NCBI RefSeq assembly: GCF_964355755.1
Contig: NC_092673.1
Location: 7,626,001-7,690,000 of the forward strand
Reading direction: 5' to 3'
DNA: 64,000 bases
Source of the DNA: Antedon mediterranea
Taxonomy: Eukaryota; Animalia; Echinodermata
The notes below the pieces were generated by a model, which saw only the letters and a list, made by a program, of their open reading frames with translations, was not told where the DNA came from and searched no databases. Shown here in pieces: positions 50,570 through 62,977 of this stretch (its first letter is position 1; every line of letters starts with the position of its first letter). The position numbers and the translations under genes were made by a program.

Positions 50570-52993
50570 TATAATACAATGTCCATTAAACCGTTTATTC
50601 CACAATTTGTTAAAGCATTATATTAAGATAGAATAGTACATATGTAGGTACAGTAGACACTGGCAAAATCATTATTTATTTTTTATTAAAGGAAATTCCA
50701 TTGCTAGGCTTTTGAATCAAATACCTACTACAGTAGGCTATATATAAACATTTCAATCCACAAAACAAAAGATAATTTTTTTTACCATTGATAAAACATT
50801 GAACATATAAATTGTATAAAAGTGAGTCCTGTTGGTCGGGGAAAATCGAAAGCTCTCATACTATTTATTATTTCTATTGGTGTATGGCAGGCCAAATCTC
50901 ATTCTTTCTTGACATTAACTAGATACAATTTGGGGTTTTTTCATATTAACTCAAATTTTAAATTATTGTTAATTCAAATTTTCCCAATAATAAAAAAAAC
51001 AGTAACAAATTATGGGAGAAAATCACTGAGAGTAAAGGCATTTTCTATAGCGTTTACATCTTATTTTTACTTGATTTAGAAATCAAGAATTATCATAATA
51101 TGAATGCCTATACTATACGTACTATGATCTCTTTATTGAATAGAGTACTGCTTCAAGTGTTAACACTGTTTAATGTGGAATACGTCTATCTAAAGCATTT
51201 CCAGATTTTAAGTACGGAAAACGATATTACAAGCAGTTGAGCTGTAATGGAAAATGGTCTCATTGCAAATTGGAGAATTTACTTACAACGTTCATTTAAC
51301 GAAACATAGATATCTTTTCAATGACTTGAAATTGCCACGCGTCAGTATTAATCACAACATCAGCTTATACGGGTTAGCGTGGAAAATGGGCAGTTTTTAC
51401 GAGTAAAAACCTATTCCCAAACGCTGCATTGCATTTACATCATTTCCACAAATGACTCTGATGGAGTAAAGACCCCGGGTGTTGCCATCGGCAACAGTCA
51501 AAGTTCATGGGGCATCATTTGTAAAGCCGTCTCTCATTAAAAACCAACATTAAAATCCTGAGAAATTTAATTTGAAACTGAAAAGTATGTACTAAACCGG
51601 ATTGTTACATTACAATTATTTGACTGCCTCTACAAAACTATTCGTACATTATGTGCCGTGAAACATGTGTATGTAAAGTATAATTAAACAATGCTGTAGC
51701 ACTAAACGGAGACTGTCAGAAGATGAATAATGTGGTAGTTACTCATAATCCTTTCCATTGATACTACTAATCCTTTGTATTAGAGATCAGGGTAAAGCTA
51801 TGAGGCTTCGTAAACCATTCTAATACCAACAATTTATCTTATTATTCTTTATTTCTTTTCGCGACACTATATAGATATTCCTCATTCCCTCGGGCTAAAC
51901 AAGAACTGTCAAGGACTATGATAATTGCCGTTCATGGCCGTTTAATACCTTCCTGTGAAAGGCGATTCCTCAACGAAAAGTCTTCAATGTAAAAAATTGA
52001 ATTTTTAACTTTGTCCCCCTTCCATCTACTGACTACTTTGTTCATGATATGCATATTTATAATAATATTAGTGGTAAGTGATAATCAAAATGCCTCAAAG
52101 GGTTTATAAATAATCAGTAATTTATGACTAGCTAAAGACACCATTCAACAATCACATATAATTCTATACTCCTATCTGTAAATATTATCGCATTGCTTTG
52201 ATATTATCAAGATGAACGCCAGAGGCGAGTATTGCCAGTGTACACCATCTTAATATAACTATTTCCTATTAAGATCGACTTGGGTAAACATTTTAAATAC
52301 GGTAAAATCTATAAATCAATAAAGAATATCAGTTTTTCTGTATATTCACGTTAGTTGGCGCTGTTAATGAGTTTTGGTGTGAAATCAAATCTGATATGGT
52401 ATAAGACGACGCGAGGTATTCAATGCACATAGCTTATCTAAACAATTAATTGCGTATTTATTATTGTCAGTGTGTATCAACTTATTACTTTTGACACTGG
52501 TTATTCACATTTAACAAAGGATGTAATTTCTTTATCATAAAATGGATCAACAATAGTCGATTTCTAATCAGAAATTCATTGGCTAACCATAGGGCAAGAT
52601 CAAATGACCAAATTATTACCGATATTAATAATTAAATACACACGATGATACTGTAATAGAAAGCCTTATTATGTAATAATGCACTACAATCCTATTAATT
52701 TTTAAACAGTAAATGCCGGGATTAAATGGCTACTGTTAAGTTAGCTTTAAAGCGCTTCATGTTGTTAGTTTGTGATGAATAAATCAATGAGGTGCATTTT
52801 AAACAGATTTAATCAGCAAAATGAAAACGTTAGCACTTGTTTTTATGATGATGAAAGCTTTCCTACATTCGCACTGTGTGTGAATACTAAATACTTCCAA
52901 TTCATAACCAAAAAAAGATTGTTGTGAATGTATATTTTACATTCAAAAGTTCATATAAAATTAAGAATAAAGATTTATGTTAATTATGTAATT

Positions 52994-53134
52994 TATTGTT
53001 TGAAGGTTTGCATGGCGAAATCAAATGTTGATATAAAGTTTGAGGTACACCACGTGTTAGTTCTGAAAAGAACTGTTGATTTTCTCGACGTTTCGATCAA
53101 TATGCTTTGATCGTCTTCAGGAGTGTGAATTATG
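52994..53134 (-). mobile_element. Penelope-like element terminal-repeat fragment
   Basis: Second copy of the 22124 repeat; carries the CTGAAGA...CGAAACGTC hammerhead signature typical of Penelope pseudo-LTRs. Confidence 0.65.
53084..53123 (-). ncRNA. Minimal type I hammerhead ribozyme motif (Penelope-type)
   Basis: CUC-CUGAAGA-C-GAUCAA-AGCAUA-UUGAUC-GAAAC-GUC-GAG: both conserved core boxes, 6-bp stem II, palindromic ACGU stem III, GUC triplet and 3-bp stem I. Confidence 0.7.
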
Positions 53135-56100
53135 TAAATTACACTGTAATTTTAATTACTTTTAGTTGTTTTTTCTTGACTTTTGTTATGTCTATTCTGA
53201 AAAGTTTTGAAATAAACAAATGAAACATGTACATGTTGATGGTGTTTATGTTGTTAAAGGCTGTTACTGTATCTCTTCCTCATCTTAAGGTATTTTTGAA
53301 TAAATTAAATGAATTTAATTATATAAATAAATATGTATTTATGCTAATTATTTATATTTTCATTTGATGAATACATGAAAAATTTAGCAGTTCTTATATG
53401 GATTCATATATTATAATATAATTAATATAATAAAACAAATGTAATTAGATAAGCATTATACTTATTGAATAAAATTGAAAAAGTATTTTGGAAAAGAATT
53501 ATTAAAAAACTTTAGAACTTGTTTACAATGTATACCAAGAACTAATTCAACTTCTTTGACATCTTCATTACTAAAGCCAATAAACACTGTTTAATTGGCT
53601 CTCATTCCCCTGGTACTGACGAGGGATAACATCTACATCACCCCCTTTACTAGGCTATAAATAGGAAGTAAGAGTTTCCTTTGCGAGGACTTGGCTGAGC
53701 CGCGAGCCATCCCTGCTGCAAGTCATATGCTAGTACCAGGATGTGAATCATGAGCTCAATAGAGTCAACGTATTAAAGTGGCCGTGCCGATACAGAAATC
53801 TACGCATGGCAAACTAACCGTGAGAGATCACAATGTAACTCTTTAATTGTTTTTACGAGACAGCGAAAAGTGACGAGAGAGTAAAATAGTCGCTTTAAAC
53901 ACTAAGCAAAAGCACTTGTGTACTTTTCTATAGAACTTGGCAAGTATGCAAATGATAATAATTTATATGAACAAAGCTACTGTGGCTACAATTATTAAAA
54001 TTGAATAGATCAGTGGTAATTTTTGCTTCCTTTTCTTTTACGGACAAAAATTTATGAACCAACAGAATCAAACAATTATCAAAAAAATGTATTTTTCAAT
54101 TTATCTTTTTTTTTATTAATTATTATTTTTTTATAAGAAAATATCAACAATTACACCAAGTAGAAATTTGAGTCAGAGGGAATCTATTGTAATACAGTAA
54201 CTAACAAACTGTCATGAATTTGGTATACATTACAACAAGCCTTCCAGTGCCTGGCTAGTGCTGAGTTGATTTATTTCCTTGATAGCATTTATAGGCAACA
54301 TTCACATCAGCACATTCAAATGTTAATGTTCAATGGACTTTGTATTAACAAATGTTATTTATAGAACATTAAATAACCATGTTTTTACACTTCCTCATTA
54401 GGAAACGGTTTGTTCAGTCTGTACATTGCCGTCACAGAAATAATACATAATACTGTACTGTACATCTGAATCTCAAAATTGAAAGCTTTGTTTACCAATG
54501 GTTCTTATAGTAAATCTGGACAATTGATTTAAATACTTTACACAAAGTATAGTACAGTAAAACATTTAGAAAGCATTTTTTTTTTACTAATCATTCACAT
54601 ATTAAACTGTACTATTTGTGCTTCAAGTATGCTATTTACAATACTGTATACTATAATTACTGTAATTATGACAATTTGGGAAATGAGTTTGAATTGTCCC
54701 CTATTAGAACCACTTATAATGTATCATTTCATCTGAATTATTAACTGAAAGAGTTTAATTTAATTATAGAAACAAAGTGTGTATATAAAGGAGAAACTTA
54801 AACAAGAATATTGATATTAGTATTGTTACTCTACACTCATTTGAACATAATGCATTTTTATTTTACTATAAATATAATATAATATAATATTTTAAGTTTG
54901 TTAAATTTATTTGTATTGTATTTCTGAATGTGCGCATGCCCAAGCGAAAGAACAAGCATGTGTTGATCTGGGCATGACGGATCAGTGATAATATTGAATT
55001 CATTATTAAGTTAAAAACATTGTTCATCACTACTGCATTTCATTTCAACTGTAAACCTATATTTTTTCCATCAACCTAAAGTAAAAAGCCATAATTGAAA
55101 TGTTATTAAAGGTGTCATTGTTAAGAGAGTTTTTATCGTTATTTTTTATTGTTTACGACGTTGAACAAAGCGAGAATTGATAATGTAGTGTTCTCAACGG
55201 ATCTTGTTTATTCAATCAGTGTCAAAAATTGTATCAAACACCATCGTTAAGAAATATAATAAATTGTCTTCAGTTAAAACTTAAATTCAATTCAATAAAT
55301 ATTCCAATAAATAAATATTATGTAAAAATAAAAAATATATCGAATATATTTCAATAAAACGTACTGCCGCTATACAGTAGATCAAAAATCTTAACATATT
55401 TCCAAGCGCTTACTCCATATTTTTACAATACACAGTCAACAGTAAAATAAAACCTGAAATAAATTAATATTTAATTTTTTTTTAAATCTAAACATGTGGA
55501 TGTATCAACCCAATAACACATTAATTATCTTAATTGATTCTTCCATCTTTGTTAACGTGAGAGAATGTCACTTTCTATTTTATTAATATAACAAGCATTC
55601 TTAGAATAAACCCATAAAAATGGAGATTTGTTATTGAAAGGAAATAAATTTATTAAAATGATAGAACAGAACACAATGTATAGGCAATATTATAGTATCA
55701 TAACTTCTAAATAACACACACACATGTTTCTGTTAACAACAATAGTCAACCTGGCTTTGTTACCAAAATAATACACAACTTGGTAAGATATTCATTACAT
55801 ACTGTATGATAGGTTGCTAGTTTGTTTGTAAGGAATTCCTCCAAGGCCCACATGCTGAGACCAGGGTCTTGTGGTCACTTGAATTCCTTAACCATGATAA
55901 ATGGTTATAGCATAAAGGGTAAAGGTCATAGGTATATAATCAATGCAAATGATATGCGAGAACATTAACAGCTACACTTAAAAGCATTTCCTCACAATTT
56001 TTTATTAATATTTGCTAAACGGTGAAAATTGTTTGTAACGTCAGTTTAACTATTAGCGTCATTGATGTCATTTTCAGATTGGTTATCCTTTCATCTCAAA

Positions 56101-56935
56101 TATTCACTAAAGGCAAAGATGCAAATTAGTCATCTTCAATTAATTAGCATAATTAATCAGGTCATATAGCTAATGACGGGGTACTAATGTAGCAACAGAG
56201 TACTTTAAAAGCAGTAGCCTTTTACAATTTTTATTATTACTAATTGTGAGACTACTAGATGTTGTTAATGAACCAAAACTAGACAATCATGGTATATAAT
56301 TGTTTTGATGAGGACATGAATAGAAATTGATAATTGTTATGGTTTACTGGCAAAATTCAAGGGTATATTTATTTTAATATTTCATGTTCATGATTAATTT
56401 TTACAATATTTTATATTCCTACCTTTAATACATACATTTTATCATAATAAAATCTAATATACAAAATAAAACTTTTTAATATGAATGAATTTAAATGTTG
56501 AAAATAAAAACTGGCAAAATAATAAAATGCATGTATTTTGGTATACAAATGGGAGAATGTAAAGTTACTTTATTATATTGTCAGAAATCTTATACAAATA
56601 CATATTTTAAAATTCAAAAAGAAATATTAGATGTCCTTAAATAGTCATAAACTGCATTTTGCCAACAAAATCTATCACACCTCAGAGGTAGACACCTAAG
56701 TTTATTATGGATACAGTAGGTACTGTTAGTTGCTGCCGGTCAATAGAGCACTTTGGGTATAACATTAATACTAAAAGTATTGACATCATTTCAACACTTT
56801 AGCAGTAGCAAAATAGAGTATTATCCACTCCAGACAGGTGCATCATAATCATTACAGTTTAGAATAAAATAGGGATTTAGTTACCAGAAATAAACCATAC
56901 TGTAGTTATAAATAGCCCAACACAATGCACATTAT

Positions 56936-57861
56936 GGGCCTGTTTCTGCTGAGCAGAAATAATCGATTATTAACCGTTTATTTTTTTAATCGATTATTTT
57001 TGGGCAGCAGAAACGGCGCAAAATAAAATAACCGATTAAAAATAACCGATTAAAAACACTCAATCCATTGCGTGTTTTAATCGATTATTTCTTGTTTTAA
57101 CCGATTATTGCGGAGCAGTTTTGAGCTGCAACACAAATAGCGATTATTGACCTCACTTTGACCTCTAGAGTATGACAAACTTCACTTCACAAAGCATGCT
57201 GTTTATTTGCGCGATATCGACGACGATCAGCAAAACCACGATCGGGATGTAGACCGAATAACAATCAAATGTTAAACATTTGATTTTTATTATTTTGTGG
57301 GGGAGAATTATACCGAGAGACTCCAGGATTCTGTTTTACAAGTACACCCGTTACATACCACCAGTCCAGGCTAACGATGTTTTACATGTCATTTTTTAGG
57401 CCTGTTGTCTGTTGACTTGTTTCGGTAGAAATATATAGCCTATATAGGCCTAGCAGGCCGAAGGTAGAACCAACGAACGGCGAAACGAACTTTTTTCGCC
57501 GACGTGTCCTTATTAATATAACATCATTATTCTGTTGTATGTGGTACGGTAGTAGGCCTAGATGTTTATTTTACAAATAATATAGCTTTAGGTAAGAGTA
57601 ATTTTTAATCCTACATGTGAGAGCATAGAGATATTATATGGTGAGAGTTTTAGGCAGCGATAGGATGTAAACAAACCAACTCTCATCGGCCTTTCATAAC
57701 TTGAACTGCGCTGTGGGGGAATGATGACGTGATTTAAAAAACCGATTACCTGAATAACCGATTAAAGTCGTAGCAATTTTCAATTGCAACGCGATTATTT
57801 TTGTGGTTTGCGGTGACTGGAAAAAATTGATTATTTTGATTTTTTCACCAGAAACAGACCC
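56936..57861. mobile_element. PIF/Harbinger-like non-autonomous element, 926 bp
   Basis: TIR GGGCCTGTTTCTGCTGA / GGGTCTGTTTCTGGTGA (15/17); TAT duplicated at 56933-56935 and 57862-57864; many subterminal AA(C/T)CGATTA repeats at both ends. Confidence 0.85.
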
Positions 57862-60800
57862 TATGATACTGATAGTTTGGTTTTCTTCCAAAACCAAAAT
57901 CAATTCTGCTATTAGTGAAATGAACAAGGGCATTTTTTTTAAAAGAAATCTTAAATATTAAATCCATAATAGTTGTCGGCGAGACTGAGAGTATCGATTT
58001 TAAAGTTTAGTTAGTCTGGGGGATGACCGATGATACATCAATTGACCGGACCAACAGTAGGTTGGCCGTCGGTCCTCGGCCATCGCAAATCGAAAGCTAT
58101 TTTATTAATGATATTGAATTTTTAAAGCAAAAAAAAAAACAAACAAAGGTTAGCATACAGTAAGTGAATTGTAGTACGTCCAGTACAGTATGTTCAAATT
58201 ATATTATAAACATACAGTATCACATTTGATGAAAGAATTTTTTCTCCTGTGTGACCCCGAAAAAATATCTATGTTATTAGCCTTACATAACTTAAGGCAT
58301 TAATTTACCTTTAAGAAAATTACCTGAAAAGGGATCAAATGAGATTTAATTTTGCCAGCTTGAGTTTAATTTTTGTCTCATATTGTCATGATTTATTGCC
58401 TTGAATATCGTAATAGTGGTGGCCAGTTTAGCTGCTAGCTAGTTTATAGTATTCTTTAGGTTTTAAATTAATTCGTTGGTAGTTTTAGTGAAATTGAAAA
58501 AACTATAAAGACGTCTTTTTATGATTGCATTTTTTAAGGTTTAGAAATTAACAAACTTTCGTATTCTCCTTTTTTGTTTATGGTAGACGTGATGGCGTCT
58601 ATTGTAAAATAACCATGTCATTTTTGTTTATAGATAGTACATAAATGATATGTACAATTCAAAACAAAAGGAGATTTGATATTTCAATTAAATCTACCAA
58701 GTTTTGTATTGTTGATCCTATTATTTTAAAGATAAAGTATAGAATTGACGATGTACTGTATAACAATGGAGGAAATTTAATTGGTCAATTGATTGTCCAA
58801 AAATAATTATTATTATTAATGAACAAATAGTGTAAAATATTGGATCATTAAAGGCTTGCCTCACTTTTTTCCAAAGCCTACAGTAACTCAAGAATTATAA
58901 TTAGGAGAACACTGAATTCTGGGCAAGAGTGGTGTTTATTTGGAGGCTATCAGTATTAGGAATTAGTTTTATTCTCTTAAACAAGATTTAAGATAGTAGA
59001 GAGATAATTTGTGCAATAAGATAAAAAATAATAAAAGAGGAAATATATTTTATTCCACAGAAAAACTGTATGTTTGGCTTGTTTATAAAGATTTTTAAAG
59101 ATTACGAATAAAGATAAAGTTAGATTTATTCAAAACTAGTACTAGTTATACATTTATGTATTGCTAATGTCAAGAGTTGATATTGTCGTAAGCTGGCGTT
59201 TATTTACATATTTTATCACTTAATATTACCAGGGTAAAAGTAGCTTTTAAATCAATATAGATGTTGCAATGTTTACAACATTTCCAATGCAAATGATGTA
59301 AATTGACGCTATAGGGTAGAGCAACATTCAATAGTCAAGTAGCGAGGAACAAATTTGCAATTCGATTTTAAAAATTCAAGTCGCAGCCTGATGTCGAGGA
59401 AGATTTTGTGAATATCACTTAGCCCAAGTCGAGTGCCAAAGTAACTCATTAGATGTAATTGTTGGCAGACGGACATAGAATATGCAATTTCTGGCAGCAA
59501 TTCTAGGCCATAATTGACCTATTTGTACAACCCCTTAAGTCTTAAGTTGTCTTTAATAATCAAGTCAACCCTTTGTACTTATTACAACAGATCTATATAC
59601 TTTCTAGCGATAGATTAAATGTCGGTTTGCGCTAATCTTTCTTCAATTTAGGATGCAAATCGCGCAGAGCTTGTGAAATTACAAAGGTTCAACAGCCGTG
59701 AACATGCCGCCTTTTCGCGGGTTACAATCATTTTCTGTACGCAATCTTGTATTCACATCATGTTGTTGATCAGTGTAATCTATACAAATTCTTCAACACT
59801 TTATTTCAGCATGAGATCTATCAATATCTAATGTCAGAGTAAAGCATGGCAGCTATTTAACATTTTCAATACACTGTATGTTTACAATTTACATACGGTA
59901 GATGTACCATTGTATTAAGAAATTATAAAAGTATTTCACACTCATTGTAATACTAAAGTATGTAATCTTTTAAGTTATCTATAAAAATTGTATTATAAAT
60001 AAAAAATACAATTTACAATACAGTAGATTTCCATGTAGAGATAAATATTAATTATACTTCTTTACGCTTTTAAGTTATTTCACGATTATTTCAATATTAA
60101 ATTCTTTTTTATTAAATTATTTAATTAAATGAGATCTTATTATATCATCATACATGATAAAAGGTGTCTCATCTAAATCCGTCTAAATTGTTGGTGTCAA
60201 TTTTGTTCATATTGTTCAATTTTTATTTTTAAAATGTTTTAATCAATGACTACAAATATAGCCTGGTCAATGCCCCTATACACTAACAGTAACAGTATGT
60301 TTACAACTATTTCATTGATTTGTTACAGAAACCCTCTTTTGCTTCATTTTTATCCACTAGCAACCAAAAATATCTGAATAGAACAGCTGCTATTTTCCCC
60401 TACATCCACACCATTAGACGACTAAGAACAATTCTAGATATCTAAAGCCTATACACACTGCACATTACTCTGTATCTAAGGATGTATCAAAATGCATGCT
60501 GCTACTTAAGTTAGTAGTATTAATTTAATCACATTACTAATTTTAATACAAAAGACTATACATGCCACTTTGTTTGAAGATTTGCTGTAATTGTGATTGT
60601 CCTTTCTTTGCTTAGATCTTAAATGTAATTCCAAAAAAAAATGAATAAAGTACTATTGGGGTAGAAATAAATTTAACATTCAAATAATCTAACTTACACT
60701 CATTGAGTGTAATGTTATGAACTGCAAAACAATTGAGAATGCACATGAATGAAAATTTGGGGTCACAAAATATAATTTAAAATGATGGTTGGTTTATTAT

Positions 60801-61962
60801 TAGTAGAATCTAAATTGAATAAAATACAGTAATTATGACACTGATGATAACTGCAATTTAAAATCTTTGAACAGTATCATTACCCATAGATCATCACAAA
60901 GCATTTTTCATAATAAACATTTTGCTTTTCATTGATGTATTTATTAAAGAGTTTCCTTTTCTAGCCTACGCGACAAAAATTGCGATAAAAATAATACCAA
61001 TACTGTACAGGAAATTGAACAATTAATGTGAATTGAGTACATTGATTGTTAAGATAAATATACATACAGTGCTTGAATCAAATTTACCCAGTCAACTTCA
61101 GGTCAATACCTTTTGTTGTATTGTATTTTGTTTATTGCATACAAAAATGTGGAAGGCTTTTTTTCGTTGACCAATTGTAGAAGTGTGGCCTATACAATAA
61201 CTGTATACTGTATGTGTGTGTGTAGTAATACAACAAAAGCTGAAAGTGGTAGTATATGACTGTGCAACTTATAAAAATCTGAATTAAACAAAAAATGGCT
61301 TTTCTTACTTGAAATATATCATTTTTTTAAACATAATCAACAAACCCCAACTACCCTCAAAGCAACCAAACAAAACCGATGATAATTTATGACAAATTTC
61401 ATAAGCCCTGGAAACCACAAAGTAATTCTTTTAAATTTGTTTAAATTTATGTTTAATTGGCTTAACTCAGCCCAAACAGTAAATCTTTGAAACAGACACC
61501 CAATCTGAACACCTTTAAAATAGAAATTCCATCACTATTCACTTCTTCAGTATAAATACTTGTACACTAAAACATCTATAACTCTGTTTTTCCCATTATA
61601 GATGGTCCATTTAACATAATAAAACATTAAATGTGTTTTTTTCACATTACTATGTGTACTATTAGTACAACCACTATACCTGTGAAATTACATAATACAG
61701 AGAAAACCGACTGCTGCGATTAAAATTAAACCGTTAGTGATTATATACTGTATGTCGGTGGTATTTATCTAGATTACAAAAACATGTTATTTACTTTTTT
61801 TTTAAACCAAATAATTAGAGCGAGTCAATAACAAAATTACATTAAAAAATGGTGATATTATACATTTAAAATATTATATTTTATTGTTGTAACCAATTTA
61901 GTTTACATGTCACACACTTATACTTATAGGCAGTATGTTTATAGTGAATGTGAATGTGAATA

Positions 61963-62120
61963 CAGAAGAACTCCCATTAAAGGGACACTTTCAGGACCCT
62001 AAATGTTCCTCCTTAAATGGGGTGTTGCTTGCATAGGGGTTGGCTAGTATTGTATTTCCCCTCATTTGAATTACAACAAAGTGTCTCCTATAGGAATATC
62101 CCAAAGGCGAGGTTTTACTG
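61963..62120. mobile_element. Tc1/pogo-like MITE, TA-flanked
   Basis: TA|CAGAAGAACTCC ... GAGGTTTTACTG|TA; internal ATTAAAGGGACAC motif shared with other remnants. Confidence 0.6.
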
Positions 62121-62919
62121 TATCCTATTTCATAACAATACGTTATTGAAATTTGATTGAGGTGATAAAAATAATAATTAATAATTTATTGTTAATGTTA
62201 ATCATAAATAATTAATGATGTTATGAAAAAAGAAACATAAAATCCCACCGGAACACTCAATGTCATTCAAACATCATTGTCTACTGCATGAACATGAACT
62301 TGAGCTAAGAAGGAACTTGAAGATAATCCCAATAACTAATCCCATAAACTAAGTGCACACTTGAGGATAATCCAAAATAAATAATCCTAAACCAAAGGAG
62401 TTGTTACAAAGAAGTGTTGTCCCTTAATGTAACTGTACCACACAGGTAGAATACACCACAATACTACTTAATGGAATGAATTTATGTGGTAGTTGGCTGG
62501 TATCACCTAAACAGAAATGTTTCATTGTGATCAGTATGGTTTTTACAGGGTTCAGTTTTCCAGAAAAAGGGCAAAAACAAGCTGGGCCAGATACTATAGG
62601 CATACAGCTGTTGCTGGTTTCTAGTTAAAAGGGGCATTTTTAGGCTAAAGGGAGGTTTGAAATGTCTCTGGGCTTGGCAATGATAGATCACTAAAAATTG
62701 GTTGAGTAGAGTAGATCTTTCTAGGTTTTTGCATTTGATAGACAGAAAAAATATTTTACAACACATAAATCAATACTTTACAAAATAGCAATACATAGTC
62801 CTAATAGTATGGTGTAGATCATTTTCAAATGTAGCTTAAAACCTTCCCAGTACTGTATCATAATTCTGGTCATTTTTATAACATATGTGTATGGATGCGC
62901 ACAATAAAAAAAACTGTTA

Positions 62920-62977
62920 TAAAGCTTGGTTCCCACTAGAGATGCAACGCAAGATTATAGACGCAACGCAAGCTTTA
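62920..62977. mobile_element. Very short Harbinger-like remnant
   Basis: TAAAGCTTG...CAAGCTTTA inverted ends; internal GGTTCCCACTAG and two GA(T/C)GCAACGCAAG repeats. Confidence 0.45.
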
